Below are positions 29,365-40,694 of a stretch of DNA of 62,282 nucleotides, piece after piece. The stretch spans positions 1 to 62,282 of IMG/VR virus record IMGVR_UViG_3300006930_000010; one strand, written 5' to 3'. The translations under genes were made by a program, and so were the position numbers. Under the pieces are notes generated by a model. The model did no database searches. It was not told the origin of the DNA and saw nothing but the letters and a program-made list of their open reading frames with translations. The stretch's first letter is position 1, and every line of letters starts with the position of its first letter. Source of the stretch: a virus. Taxonomy: Duplodnaviria > Caudoviricetes.

Positions 29365-30866
29365 TCAATCAGGAATAAATGTAATATATTTATTCATATT
29401 TGCAAGCTCAGTCGTTGTAAATTCTGCTCCGCTCATATTTTTTATAGCAATTTGCACGTGAGTCGCCTCAGCATTGGATATCCGATGGCTAGCTGCCCAT
29501 GCCGGAGTATTATTTAAATATCCAGTTGTATATCCTGTTCCTGCATTGTAGACCGGATTTTTAAGCAAATACACTGCAATATTGTGCTTGCTCGCATCAT
29601 TTACTGTAAATATTCCCGGCTTATATGCTCCAAATGTGTCTTTTAACATTCTGCATCTAGCCGCTATCGCGGAGTAGTTGATAACCGGTGTATCTGGAAC
29701 GATAGTGCCTAATTCCCAAACATAGTTAGTTTTCTGTGTAACGTTCGCGCCCATGTAATTTTTGATGAACTCATGAATTTTATATGCGATAATTTCATGC
29801 CCTTTGTTGTTCGGGTGTACTCCATCTGCATCATAGAAATATGCGGTATTGCATATGCTATTCCACGGTTTCAAATTGCTTTTGTGGTACAAATCTAAAA
29901 ACGGAATTGAATAATGATTGCACACATTTATAATCGCTTGACAGTACGGCTCAAACCACCCATTCCCCCATGATGCTCCGTTGTTTGGGGATGGATAGCT
30001 TGCGTTTGCCAATCTCGGAGTAGATATAATCCATCCAATTGGCTTATGGGGATATTTTGCGATTATTTTCTGAATTGTGGAATGCAGAGCTCCATATTGG
30101 CTTGCTGTTGCGACACTATCTGTAAAACTCCCAACCGGAAAAGTGGAACCGATTCCCCCATCATTCATATTCCCCATGATCAGTATCATATCAAAATCTT
30201 CGTAGTTGATATCCCACGTGTCAATTCTAGTGTAAATTCCCGGAGTACCCCCGTTTGCTCGAATTAACCCAGTTGCAGATTTTCCATCGTTCACAATTGT
30301 ACAGCCTAACCAATCTGCTAAATATGAGTGCCATTTTTTGTGGCTGTGCCAGCGGTGTCAGTTATGCTGTCACCTGTAACTAATATTTTCAATCCGCTGA
30401 ATTCTCTAATTTGAGGAGTAAGAACACTTTTAATATCTATATTTGTACTATTTATTGACGTTTGTACTGAATTGTATCCATCGTCACCAGTCCCACCAAA
30501 AGACCAATTACTGCCAGTCCATCGATAATTTCCAGCTGGACTAACCCCATTCCCATCGGAACAATAATAATAGTCACCTATATTATTGCCGGTTGTCATG
30601 GTTTGCAATTGTGCCCAAGTTTTCACGCCATCTTTTGCGGTTAGCCCATTTAGAATCTCAGATTGATTCGCTTTTTCAGCCAATTGCGTATCAATTTCAT
30701 TAATTTTTTCACCCAGAGTGACCTTGCCTTTTCGGGACTCAATGATCTCCTCCGCTAGAGCTGTGCTCTCTGTCCCTGGATGTTCGTGTTGTGCCAACCC
30801 GTACTCATTTCCATCTTCGTCCCGAATACCTGCCATAACTAATATTGGTTCTCTAAACTTTTCCAT
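29365..30866 (-). pseudogene. SGNH/GDSL hydrolase virion-associated protein split by a frameshift (ORFs 30318-30866 and 29365-30294)
   Basis: GDSIT at end of first ORF; GNMND and DGVHP in second; one extra A at A6 (30334-30339) joins them. Confidence 0.75.
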
Positions 30867-30874
30867 AATTCCTC

Positions 30875-32290
30875 CTATTCACTTACCTGACAATGTACAA
30901 AACTCATATCTTCATATTCAATTGTCTTCATTCCCTCTTCTTGACAGATCACCGCGAACTCATGGACAGACAGACCATTAGCAGAATGCACAGTAACATC
31001 TGCAGCAAGTCCGAGCATATGTTGTGAATCGGGAACACCTCCTACATCAGCATTCAACTGAGGACAGCGAACACCGGAACTGATGTTTAAGCCAAAGCCA
31101 ACTCGTACACGTACTCTTTCTAAACGAGCTACCAGATTAGCACTTATATCAACTGGAAAGCCATCACAATAACCTGGACCTCCATCGAATGCACACTCGC
31201 AAGCAAACTCCCAACGATTAAAATGTTCAGTCATTTGTTCGTGATGGCGATCCACTGATGGAGCCACTGGATCTGGGATTACGGTAGGCTCGGTTGGATG
31301 TACGGGAGCTGGTGGCTGCTCATCAAACATCAGAGCAAATGTTATCGGTCCAATAATACCATCAACGGACAATCCATGATCGGCCTGAAATCGCTTTACT
31401 GCATCGATAGTTTCCATCCCGGACTGACCTAGCCGGCCGTCTACTCCAACTGGATAACCAATGGTACACAAACGCCGCTGTACAGCAGTTATCTGACCAC
31501 ATAGTTTACTCCATGTGAGCGATCCGGGTATACCATCAACCTCAATACCATATGCATTCTGAGCTCCTCTGACCACAGCAGCAGTTTGATTCCCCATAAC
31601 ACCATCAACCTCAGGTTGTCCAAAGTTGAGAAAGCCAAGTGTACGTTGTAGTTCCTCAACACTAAAGCATTCAGCATCACCATCGGGTTGTGATATGGCT
31701 TCGTCTAAGGAGACGGGTCTACTCACGACAGTACCATTTGAATAATTAGTGTAACCAACATTAACGTCGACCGTTCGAGGTATGCCGGTAACCCAACCCT
31801 CTTCAGTCTCCTGCCATAGATCTACTTTATGTTCAAAACTACAGTAATCATAATACTGAGCACACCACGTACTAAAGTCTTTGATTAGCTCCCAAGTGAA
31901 TCTACGTAGGTTATAGAGACCAGCATAAATACCACCTCGGTAGCCAGCAGCCTCTACCATGCGACAAAATGTAACAGCTACATTATCAATATCTCCATTC
32001 ATAGATTCGCCTTCCATATCTACATATAGGGGCCAGATCAATGAGTAGGGTCTACATACATCTATTGCAAAATTAGCTTCTTGCTGAGCTCCGGCGACGT
32101 CTAATGAATCCATGTAATGATATGCTCCAGCTGGGAGACCTACACTAGCAGCTCCCTGCATGTGTGAATCAAACATACTATCCTTTTCGAGACCCTGACT
32201 GCACTTAGCAATAATGGCCTCGACGCCTGCAGCTTTCACTGCAGGCCAGTCAACCTGTCTTTGACAGTAACTTAAGTCGAGGATCTTCAT
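30875..32290 (-). CDS. endolysin: GH25 muramidase + PG-binding repeats + M15-type peptidase
   Basis: LDLS..Q, GAYHY, VDME; DGIxGxxT repeats; SSGVRC...SQHMLGLAAD...FVH. Confidence 0.9.
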   Translation of the reverse strand: MKILDLSYCQRQVDWPAVKAAGVEAIIAKCSQGLEKDSMFDSHMQGAASVGLPAGAYHYMDSLDVAGAQQEANFAIDVCRPYSLIWPLYVDMEGESMNGDIDNVAVTFCRMVEAAGYRGGIYAGLYNLRRFTWELIKDFSTWCAQYYDYCSFEHKVDLWQETEEGWVTGIPRTVDVNVGYTNYSNGTVVSRPVSLDEAISQPDGDAECFSVEELQRTLGFLNFGQPEVDGVMGNQTAAVVRGAQNAYGIEVDGIPGSLTWSKLCGQITAVQRRLCTIGYPVGVDGRLGQSGMETIDAVKRFQADHGLSVDGIIGPITFALMFDEQPPAPVHPTEPTVIPDPVAPSVDRHHEQMTEHFNRWEFACECAFDGGPGYCDGFPVDISANLVARLERVRVRVGFGLNISSGVRCPQLNADVGGVPDSQHMLGLAADVTVHSANGLSVHEFAVICQEEGMKTIEYEDMSFVHCQVSE

Positions 32291-32291
32291 A

Positions 32292-32495
32292 TTACTGTTT
32301 GCCCGGTAGATTGCTAGCACTCATTAGAACGCATACTACTGCAGACAGTGCAGTGGCTGAGGCAACTACAAACCAATTAACTTCATTGATAAGTGCGGTA
32401 CTGCCAATAACACCTAAGGCAGTCTGTGCCATAGTTCTTACCGTTTTAACTGCCGTATCCTTTAAATAGGTTTTCATTTGTTCACTCATAATCAT
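32292..32495 (-). CDS. holin (r1t-like)
   Basis: KTVRTMAQTALGVIG...VNW...two TM; directly upstream of lysin. Confidence 0.8.
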   Translation of the reverse strand: MIMSEQMKTYLKDTAVKTVRTMAQTALGVIGSTALINEVNWFVVASATALSAVVCVLMSASNLPGKQ

Positions 32496-32973
32496 ACTCC
32501 TTCGTAATTTTAATTTTTAATTTCTTCGCCTGGTAATACAGCGTGTCACCTGTTCCATTACCGTCCAGGTTATTGTAGGCTGTATGCAGGAATGTTAGGT
32601 TCTCCAAGGCCGCGGTACTTATCTCACCTTTATCAATGTAATGTTCACATGCTTGGAATAGGCGATCTCTTAGTATGGCCCGCTGGCCCTCAATCATGGA
32701 ATCCATCACAACAATCTTCTCTTCTTGTCGGGTACTAACCTCTTCAATACGCTTTGTAAGCGCTCCACAGGCTTCTTCTTGGCTGCTATAGATTTTTTCT
32801 ACCTCCTCTCGGAACTCTTCGCAGCGATCATCAATTGTTTGCTGGATGGCTACATGTGGCGCTCCAAATAGAAAACGCCAAAGTTTCAACCATCCATCCC
32901 ATATCTTGTTCCCGAAGGTTAAGAAAGTCAGCACCCCAGCGACCACCGCAACTACAACTTGATATTGTTCCAA
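32482..32973 (-). CDS. lysis-module membrane protein
   Basis: N-terminal TM, coiled coil, LRDRL...YNNLDGNG motif common beside Firmicute phage holins. Confidence 0.6.
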   Translation of the reverse strand: MEQYQVVVAVVAGVLTFLTFGNKIWDGWLKLWRFLFGAPHVAIQQTIDDRCEEFREEVEKIYSSQEEACGALTKRIEEVSTRQEEKIVVMDSMIEGQRAILRDRLFQACEHYIDKGEISTAALENLTFLHTAYNNLDGNGTGDTLYYQAKKLKIKITKEYDYE

Positions 32974-33023
32974 TAGATACCTCCTGATGTCATATTATCT
33001 ATGTTAAAGCTACAAGCTTTGTT

Positions 33024-34517
33024 TTATGCCCATGTCAGATCGTATGTGACTCTAAGTACCTGTCCGGCAGTCTTTACTACCGGTGTATCTAAATTACAAA
33101 TACTGAATAGTGTACGTCTAGCAAAGCCTAGCTCCAAATAATTATAACAGCTAGTATAATTGTAGCTAGCACAATTCAAAAGGCATGTTGGGCGTGTGCC
33201 AAAATTCAGCATAGGGGATAGTGCAGTAAAGTCAGTACCTGCAGCCACAAGTGGATTCGCATTCAGTACTATAGAGTTACCATCATCTGAAGTAAACAAT
33301 TCTAAGTGTCTATTGCATGCATACGCTTGGTTATTAGAGTACCATGAGAGATAATTATAATCACACGCATAGTCACCTTCTACTGTTCGATAAGTTAGTA
33401 TATTTCTGTTCCATCCATAGATATAACCAGCTGCCGGTAGGTTAGGCACAGCTATGCTACTATACGTATTAGCTACTGTATCTACAGCATACAGTACGGG
33501 TATGCTAGTCGCAAGCGTGCCATTCATAGAGCTAAGTATTATGAATTTTCCACATAAGCCCCAATCATAGATAGTTACACCATTTACGCAACTTACCTCG
33601 GTTATAGATGTGGTTAGTAAAGACGTTTTGTCTACATATGCTATAGCTCTATTACCAGTTGGAGCAGTCCCAAAGATAATGTATTGATTTTCATCAGCAT
33701 CGTCTACAACCTTAAAAACATCTGAGAAGCCTGATGCTGCAACAAGTTGCTTAGTTACATTAGTCCATAGTGGTCCAGCAGTAGCCCCTAACTTTATTTT
33801 TGAACGTGTTACCATATGCGCCCCAGCCTGCGAGTAGGCGAAGTCGCTATTATCTAATATAGAGGCTACCCTCCTGCCTCCTTCGAAGGCCCCTACACTT
33901 GGTGAGTACCCACTACATACATTTGGTATGCTGGCTTTGCTGGTATCACTATTACCAAATGAGAAATTAATTACATTAGATGCAACCTGTGTCATTCTTT
34001 TACTGACTGTGTTGTCACAATACTCACGAGTAGTTAAGCATGCAGAGGCTATAGTGCCGTTAGCTGTGTTAGCTGCAAAGTCCCACACCATGCGTATACC
34101 TCGCTTTGTGCCCTGCTCGTTTAAGATGTCTACAGCAGATACTAACGAACCTTTTGTAGCTGTTGGAGTAGCTACAGTACTACCTGCAAAAGCTAGAGGT
34201 ACCTTGCGACTAACATAACCATTATTTGCGGCGCTTTTTGCCTCATTAAATAGCACAAGGCCAAACGTGCTTGGAGCTAACAAGTTATCAGTCCCCAGAA
34301 ACTTAGGTGCTATAGCTTGCACACTGCCCTGGTAAGGTCCACCAGACGTATTATACAGATTAACTAGATCCTGTAGGAAATCCGTTAACGGTGGTAGTAC
34401 TACATTATCTTTTTCTTGCGTGGCTAGCACTGTTCCGCTAGCGTTTAAAACATCAAATTTTACGTGTCCTTGCATTTGTTCCTCCTTATGAAACGGTACT
34501 TCCCATACCATCGACAA
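33024..34517 (-). CDS. tail/baseplate-associated protein
   Basis: beta-rich; WDFAANTANGTI and PVVKTAGQVLRVTYDL motifs; tail module. Confidence 0.6.
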   Translation of the reverse strand: MSMVWEVPFHKEEQMQGHVKFDVLNASGTVLATQEKDNVVLPPLTDFLQDLVNLYNTSGGPYQGSVQAIAPKFLGTDNLLAPSTFGLVLFNEAKSAANNGYVSRKVPLAFAGSTVATPTATKGSLVSAVDILNEQGTKRGIRMVWDFAANTANGTIASACLTTREYCDNTVSKRMTQVASNVINFSFGNSDTSKASIPNVCSGYSPSVGAFEGGRRVASILDNSDFAYSQAGAHMVTRSKIKLGATAGPLWTNVTKQLVAASGFSDVFKVVDDADENQYIIFGTAPTGNRAIAYVDKTSLLTTSITEVSCVNGVTIYDWGLCGKFIILSSMNGTLATSIPVLYAVDTVANTYSSIAVPNLPAAGYIYGWNRNILTYRTVEGDYACDYNYLSWYSNNQAYACNRHLELFTSDDGNSIVLNANPLVAAGTDFTALSPMLNFGTRPTCLLNCASYNYTSCYNYLELGFARRTLFSICNLDTPVVKTAGQVLRVTYDLTWA

Positions 34518-34833
34518 AAGCTAGTATGGGTACGTCAAAATAATTTGTAGGGGCGGTTTCTATAACCTGTTCTAGTACGGTAGAGTAATCGATAATAGCG
34601 TCAAAAGATGCATCCGCGGTGATATACTGCTCCGATAACGTAGGAAGAGTCTCTGTGTATATCATTGCCTCAGAAACACTTCCAGACTTAACTGTTGCAA
34701 TACCTGCCACTATCTCTTCAATCTGCGGTGTCGTTTTAGACACAGCAACCAGACCATTTTTTGCTTCAATAGCAGCCTTTGCGTCTATAAGTCCCTGTGC
34801 TAGTCTTGTGTTCTGTTCACTGAATATACTCAT
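34486..34833 (-). CDS. tail-associated hypothetical protein
   Basis: position, KAAIEAK motif. Confidence 0.55.
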   Translation of the reverse strand: MSIFSEQNTRLAQGLIDAKAAIEAKNGLVAVSKTTPQIEEIVAGIATVKSGSVSEAMIYTETLPTLSEQYITADASFDAIIDYSTVLEQVIETAPTNYFDVPILAFVDGMGSTVS

Positions 34834-35981
34834 TACGCACCTCCGTTCATTATAATTAAGAATGTAGTTAGATCGGATTCGTAAGCACCTTTTAATGTGT
34901 CTAGCTCACTCATCTTAGTTGTAAGACCCACAACATCAGATATTACATGTGTATGTCCATCTGCTGAAGCACCTCCAGGAGCTTTAGCCTTTAATACTAA
35001 CCAATTGGCTAGCACTGTAGGAGCGTCTGCTATTAGAATATAGGACTGCTCATCATCTGCTCTTATAGCCACGTCACCACGTTGGGCATCAAGAGCAAGC
35101 ATCGCAGCTTCGTTGGCTACTGGCCAAGTATCATTGATGGCTAGTGCTGGTAGTAGATTAATTCTTAGCTTTCCATTAGTATCAATCAGAGTACCATTGA
35201 TTATTGATGTGATCTCAGCCGTGTGAGTGTGATCAATAGGAGCTACGAATTTACCTTCCCTAGTAAAGATTCCATACTTATCAGACCCAGCCAATACCCT
35301 TAAATTACTAAATGTGGGTGTTGAGGATGTATCTGTAGTGGATAGTAGCACCTTGACCCATAAGTATTTCTTAGTTATTGGATTAGTGATGAGACTACTA
35401 TTTGTTTGCACCTGCCAATCACCCTCTGTCGGGGCTGTAATTGTATCTGTGAGAGCTGTCTTAACGGCGACAGTCGCTCCTGTTTGATCCCACTGTAGAG
35501 TTATAGAAGTCTCACTGCTCACATCAATAGGTTGACTGATATAGCTACCAGCTGCTTTGTATGTCGGCCCAGAAGCCTCAATGAATCGCACACCGGAGAT
35601 TAGATAGTATCCAGAATTTATTGTACTTTTGGGTTTAATTCTCACGTAAGAGCAAGTTATTTTTGTTAGTGTGGTGTCCTGCCAAGAGTCTGCTATATTA
35701 ACAGCCACACCGGTAGCCCAGGAAGCCCAGTTCACATTATCAGTAGAGTACAATAAGTCAAAAGTAGCAGGCACATAGGCGGCTAACACTGAAAGTCTAA
35801 CCCCCTCTAATTTTTTGCTACCTCCAAGGGCTAGGTCAATATAGTAGTCTCCAGACTTATCAGTAGTAATCCAGTGTGTGCTATGGTCTTCATCTAATAC
35901 ATTACTAGCTCTATAAAAATCAATTTGATAGGCATGTGTATTGTTAGCTACAGCAGTTACTGGTGTTATATAGTTAGCCAT
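34833..35981 (-). CDS. tail fibre-like protein with discoidin (F5/8)-like domain
   Basis: ASNVLD...W...IDL...YSTDNVNW...YVRI; HTH tail-fibre repeats; GDVAIR. Confidence 0.65.
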   Translation of the reverse strand: MANYITPVTAVANNTHAYQIDFYRASNVLDEDHSTHWITTDKSGDYYIDLALGGSKKLEGVRLSVLAAYVPATFDLLYSTDNVNWASWATGVAVNIADSWQDTTLTKITCSYVRIKPKSTINSGYYLISGVRFIEASGPTYKAAGSYISQPIDVSSETSITLQWDQTGATVAVKTALTDTITAPTEGDWQVQTNSSLITNPITKKYLWVKVLLSTTDTSSTPTFSNLRVLAGSDKYGIFTREGKFVAPIDHTHTAEITSIINGTLIDTNGKLRINLLPALAINDTWPVANEAAMLALDAQRGDVAIRADDEQSYILIADAPTVLANWLVLKAKAPGGASADGHTHVISDVVGLTTKMSELDTLKGAYESDLTTFLIIMNGGA

Positions 35982-36298
35982 TACACTACCTCACTTAATT
36001 TCAATATACCAGAGGCGAGAGTTAAGTCAACCTTAGTGCCTGTGGTAAAATCTTCGGTTCTTAAGATAGTTTGCTCAGTTATCCCACCAACCAGCCCAAC
36101 CATATTAGTTTTTGATGCTGAATCGTATACGGCAAGTCCACCAGCTGCTTGACCATCAATCCAATCCATGTAAACTGGTAAGGTTTGGGTGTCACCTTCA
36201 ACCATTACATTCTTGCCAGCGGCATTCTGAAGAGTGCCAAAGAACTGCGTGTTATCCTTTATCTTATGCATTACTTCATGTATACCTTTCCGATACAA
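35981..36298 (-). CDS. tail-associated hypothetical protein
   Basis: operon position. Confidence 0.55.
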   Translation of the reverse strand: MYRKGIHEVMHKIKDNTQFFGTLQNAAGKNVMVEGDTQTLPVYMDWIDGQAAGGLAVYDSASKTNMVGLVGGITEQTILRTEDFTTGTKVDLTLASGILKLSEVV

Positions 36299-37107
36299 GC
36301 AACTGCGAAAGAAACTTCCATGTTGTTCATATCAATATGTCGCGGCGTCGCGAGTATTGTAACATCGTTTTCATCTACAACGTTGCACACTGGCTTATAG
36401 CCTAAACCGTGGTTGATGTACCAGGTGGATGCAGGGGTATCTTGCGAGAACATCTTCGAGTTTGCAATCTGCGCTAACGCTTCCTGTGTAACAGTAGGAA
36501 CCATTTCGATACCGTCTGGATACCAAGACTCAGCGGCGCTGATAGTAAGGTCGTATACCTCAGTGTCTTCACTTATCTTATCTACATCAAGATATCCAAA
36601 CATCGTCACCTCATACGTACCAGGTGGGGGTGCGATTACGGTAACCGTGAGATCATACGTGACATACTCCGTTGCAAGGTACCCATTTCGGATAACTATC
36701 CGGAAGCATTCATATTGTATGTCCTCATCGCTGGGCTGTGTGATTGCAAATGTTAACTGTCTATTTGCTTTTGTCACTGTGAAGGTTGGTGGTGTGTATT
36801 TAACCTTACGATCGTTGATTGGTATAACTACAATATTTCTATTCTCGTGTAGTGTATGATACCATCCATACGCCCCCATGCCAGGAAAGGATTTAATTCC
36901 AAACCTGGCCACTGCTTTGGACGTTATCCGTCTTTTCTCAGTCTGCCATTGTAGATCTGTGTACACATCTAATGGTGGCTCACAGCTTCTATTTTCCAAT
37001 CTGTTATTTTTCAGATAATAATCTATAAGCGTATTATCTGGTTCATGTCCTTGGTTGCCGATATTGGTATCAGCTCTCAGTGGTACTTCCGTAAATATAA
37101 GTTCCAT
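36271..37107 (-). CDS. tail-associated protein
   Basis: C-terminal Q.TPASTWYINHGLG.KP motif. Confidence 0.6.
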   Translation of the reverse strand: MELIFTEVPLRADTNIGNQGHEPDNTLIDYYLKNNRLENRSCEPPLDVYTDLQWQTEKRRITSKAVARFGIKSFPGMGAYGWYHTLHENRNIVVIPINDRKVKYTPPTFTVTKANRQLTFAITQPSDEDIQYECFRIVIRNGYLATEYVTYDLTVTVIAPPPGTYEVTMFGYLDVDKISEDTEVYDLTISAAESWYPDGIEMVPTVTQEALAQIANSKMFSQDTPASTWYINHGLGYKPVCNVVDENDVTILATPRHIDMNNMEVSFAVACIGKVYMK

Positions 37108-37115
37108 GTTCCCTC

Positions 37116-38588
37116 CTATCTAGAAAATGTAAAGCCAACATCCATTTTTATTGTCCGTCTATTGTTCTTAAACGGGTATTGTATGTCGTAGTCTACCTCA
37201 ACCACACTATCTACAGGTGGTGGCGTATTAAATGTAATACTTGGTTCATAATAACCAAAGGCAGGAACTAATTCATGTTCACTAAGACTAGGTGATATAA
37301 ATCTACCAGTGTTATTAGTCAGATGGTCACAGCTAATCCTCCAATACCTGGCAGTTACCTCGTCAAACATCTTTGGCACATTAGATTTAGCAAATTCAAA
37401 TGTAGTGTACGTGGTCCATGTGATATTGTCAGTAGAGTATTGCAGTCTGGTGTTATTATCATAGTTACTTGTACCTGGTGATAATACAAAGTTGACTTTC
37501 TGAGGCACACCAAAGTCCCATACTGTAGGATGATCTTTAATAATGATGGACGTAACGTCGCCCCACCTCATGGACGGATAGGTGGGTAGCGGGCAGTAAG
37601 TTTTAGTATCAGCATTATTAAATGATACTATATGCTTTCTCTGCGTACTAGCATAATTCTGGCAAAAGTCTTTGGCATTGTATGGCTTAAATGTGTAATC
37701 TACACCCTCTGTCTTTAATACCCCATCAATGTAAACTTTCTGTGTACCTGCTTTACAGCTGGGGGTTTTAATATCAAAATATCTATTTGTCCCGTCTCCT
37801 ACCCCTACCTGATACTTACCAAACGCTCTACTTGGAAATACTTCAGGCGTAACCTTGATCATACCAATACCCTCAATTAGAAAGCCAGCGATTTCAAAAC
37901 CATTACCATTATTCCAGTCGTTAAATGTTGTATAATTTAGTTCTATTGTTGCACTAACTACTCCAGCAGACACTATAAAAGCTTTACCAATATAGAAATA
38001 ACCATTTCTAATACCTAATTCGTACTCCTCCGGTTCACGTAGTAGTGCATACACATTAGCGTAGTTATTGGAGTACTGTACTGGACCATACAGCCAGCTC
38101 CAATTAGCAGCAAAGAAAGTTGTGCCCTCATCTGGATGCGGCGTGCTAAAGAAAGAGTAGCGTAGTATCGCAGTAATATACAGTATATCTGTAGCAGTTT
38201 TATTAATCGCAATCGGATTACCTTCGCTATCAGCGAACATAGCATGTGTAGCTAAGGAGTCTCTACTACCTATACCAAGTTCAGTTAAGTTACCAACACA
38301 CTGCTCTGCAGGTATAGACAGTGTCATGGTCCATATAAGCTGATCCTTTGCTTGTGATACGGTTATTGAGGATGTCCCAGACCACAACCAGGTAAACAAT
38401 GAAGTGTCTGTAGGTGAGGGAGTACCGCTACCTATTCCTATGTTAATGGAACTACTTGGAGTTCTACCCATCAGTAAACCGTCATAAGCCTTATTTGTCA
38501 CTACATTATGAAAAGTTAATTCCTGTTTTGTTTTACCCGTCTGTGCGTCTACTAAGCACAAGTGGTACTCATTTTTTGTTTTTTGCAT
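37116..38588 (-). CDS. tail / receptor-binding protein, copy B
   Basis: paralog of 40695-42230; discoidin-like YSTD..TW...ARYWRI. Confidence 0.7.
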   Translation of the reverse strand: MQKTKNEYHLCLVDAQTGKTKQELTFHNVVTNKAYDGLLMGRTPSSSINIGIGSGTPSPTDTSLFTWLWSGTSSITVSQAKDQLIWTMTLSIPAEQCVGNLTELGIGSRDSLATHAMFADSEGNPIAINKTATDILYITAILRYSFFSTPHPDEGTTFFAANWSWLYGPVQYSNNYANVYALLREPEEYELGIRNGYFYIGKAFIVSAGVVSATIELNYTTFNDWNNGNGFEIAGFLIEGIGMIKVTPEVFPSRAFGKYQVGVGDGTNRYFDIKTPSCKAGTQKVYIDGVLKTEGVDYTFKPYNAKDFCQNYASTQRKHIVSFNNADTKTYCPLPTYPSMRWGDVTSIIIKDHPTVWDFGVPQKVNFVLSPGTSNYDNNTRLQYSTDNITWTTYTTFEFAKSNVPKMFDEVTARYWRISCDHLTNNTGRFISPSLSEHELVPAFGYYEPSITFNTPPPVDSVVEVDYDIQYPFKNNRRTIKMDVGFTFSR

Positions 38589-38598
38589 TACTCTCCTC

Positions 38599-40686
38599 CT
38601 ATATTGGCGTGTCTCCTATCAGGATATAGTCTGTAATAACTACACTAGCACTAGCCTGTGCCGTTGTTAGCTCTACTGCTTCTGACGGAGCAACTCTTGT
38701 AATCTCTTGTATGGTTAAGTATGTAATTGGATGCACGTGAGCATCATTGTTAGTGGTCAACGATACCTCATCTGTAGGCTTCTGTGCTCTGATATAAACA
38801 TTGCATATCTGTTTTGGTATTGTTCGCCAAAACAGGCTATTGGCCTTATACTTAATCAGTGGCACACTTGTGATGGTTATAATTAGAGGCCCTAAGGTAT
38901 CCACTACATCAGTTAGTGTTACAACTATACTATTATCAATTGCGACAAGACTAGCTACACTATATTGCTTACTAGGTGTAGCTGCCAACACAAAACGTTC
39001 TGCATTATTTGACACTCTAATAGGCACATTGAAATTAATCTTAAACTGACTCTGTGAGACAATCTCATTGGATAAGATACTTAATGTAGTCTCAGCAATG
39101 ACTGCCTCGTAATCATAATTGGCTACTGTGATACTATCCATAGCAGGTAAGATTACTAAGCTACTACCCTCAGGTGGAGAGGTAATAAACTTTTCTGTGA
39201 TGTTTAAGTAAGTAGTTACAGCTACATGTGCTGTTTCTTTGTGTGTACTTAGATAGAACAATTCAGGTCTAACACTCTGCCCTACGTAGCCTCTGTTGCT
39301 TACAAACCATTTAGTATTACTGCCTATACACACTCGGTAATCATTTAGTCTGGCGGACATGATTAATGTGTTGTTACTTCCAAACTGGTCTATTGTTCGT
39401 TCAGCTGACCATAACATGCTGCCAGTTAGATTAGATCTGCCTAGATTCTTATAGTATACTATTCCTGACTTAATGTAACTACATATAATGCCATGATCAT
39501 ACTGTATCTCAGGAGCATAATTATAACCCATGCAAGCACTAAGGTAAGAAACACCTTCTGCTAATAAAAACTTGGTAGTTTCATCTGGACCTTTTTGATC
39601 CCATAATCTACCAGTGCTATCTATCCACATTACGTGTGGCACATTCTCTGTTTCTAACGTGAACCCAATCGCGGCATCTCTTAGGATCCAGAGACCATGA
39701 AACTCAATACATGCCATCATGGCATCTTGAATTATATACTCTGGATTCCACGCCACTGCAACTTCTTCGTTATACGGTCTGCTACGCACTAATGCTTTTC
39801 CTTCATCAATACAGACAGCCCAGATCTCAGATGGCTTTGTTTCCTCGGGAAGCTGCTTCAGTGTGAGATCATATAATTCATAACCAACATCCATAATTCT
39901 GGTTGCCATGTAGCCACCATCAATGGTGTATAGTACACCCCTAGTTTCTACTGTAATAGTACCAGTCTTAACTTGGGCTGTAACTACGTAATTGTGAATT
40001 CCAATCTTCCGTTTAAGGTATGAGTGTGGCACGCCTACACTATTTCTACCTCGCTCAACTGTGAACTCTATTGGAGTGTATAGCTCCTGAATCTCATTAT
40101 CAAATATTCTGAGTACAACTACTGAGTCTTCACTGGCCGTACAGTTAATCTGCAGGTGTCCTTGTAGATCAGCGTTCTTACTTAGCTTCATTGATATGAT
40201 ACTGATTGTGCATTCCTCTTGACCTATTTGAAATTCCAAGGTGTTGTAGTCATACAGCAATTTCGGAATCTCTTGCTTCACACCATCAATAACTTCTGTA
40301 AAGTCTTCCGACACTGGGGCGAGTAGTGAATACTCACTTATGACTAATCCTTCAGTGGAGGAAACTACAAATTGTAATTCCTTAAAGTCTCCCTCAGGCA
40401 CAAGCAACTCAGTCTTGAGTATACCGTTACCTGTATCCACCACTGGTACGTAATGAGATACGACTGTTCCATCAGTGTATTCAACTAAGAGCTCAGCTTT
40501 ATCAGCTGAGCCATAAGTTTCTGCGATGAGTACCAGTAGTAGTCCATCTGGCATGGTGTCGAGGTTTGCAATTTTCAGTGCCGCCGTGCCGTGCGCCTCA
40601 AGCGTTATGGATGAGCTGGTAAGACTTGCATTATCTACAATCCAGTCTGCAGGCACGTGAGATAGTAAATCATTTCCATACGCCAT
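38599..40686 (-). CDS. tail/baseplate protein, copy B
   Basis: paralog of 42211-44295. Confidence 0.7.
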   Translation of the reverse strand: MAYGNDLLSHVPADWIVDNASLTSSSITLEAHGTAALKIANLDTMPDGLLLVLIAETYGSADKAELLVEYTDGTVVSHYVPVVDTGNGILKTELLVPEGDFKELQFVVSSTEGLVISEYSLLAPVSEDFTEVIDGVKQEIPKLLYDYNTLEFQIGQEECTISIISMKLSKNADLQGHLQINCTASEDSVVVLRIFDNEIQELYTPIEFTVERGRNSVGVPHSYLKRKIGIHNYVVTAQVKTGTITVETRGVLYTIDGGYMATRIMDVGYELYDLTLKQLPEETKPSEIWAVCIDEGKALVRSRPYNEEVAVAWNPEYIIQDAMMACIEFHGLWILRDAAIGFTLETENVPHVMWIDSTGRLWDQKGPDETTKFLLAEGVSYLSACMGYNYAPEIQYDHGIICSYIKSGIVYYKNLGRSNLTGSMLWSAERTIDQFGSNNTLIMSARLNDYRVCIGSNTKWFVSNRGYVGQSVRPELFYLSTHKETAHVAVTTYLNITEKFITSPPEGSSLVILPAMDSITVANYDYEAVIAETTLSILSNEIVSQSQFKINFNVPIRVSNNAERFVLAATPSKQYSVASLVAIDNSIVVTLTDVVDTLGPLIITITSVPLIKYKANSLFWRTIPKQICNVYIRAQKPTDEVSLTTNNDAHVHPITYLTIQEITRVAPSEAVELTTAQASASVVITDYILIGDTPI

Positions 40687-40694
40687 GGCGCCTC

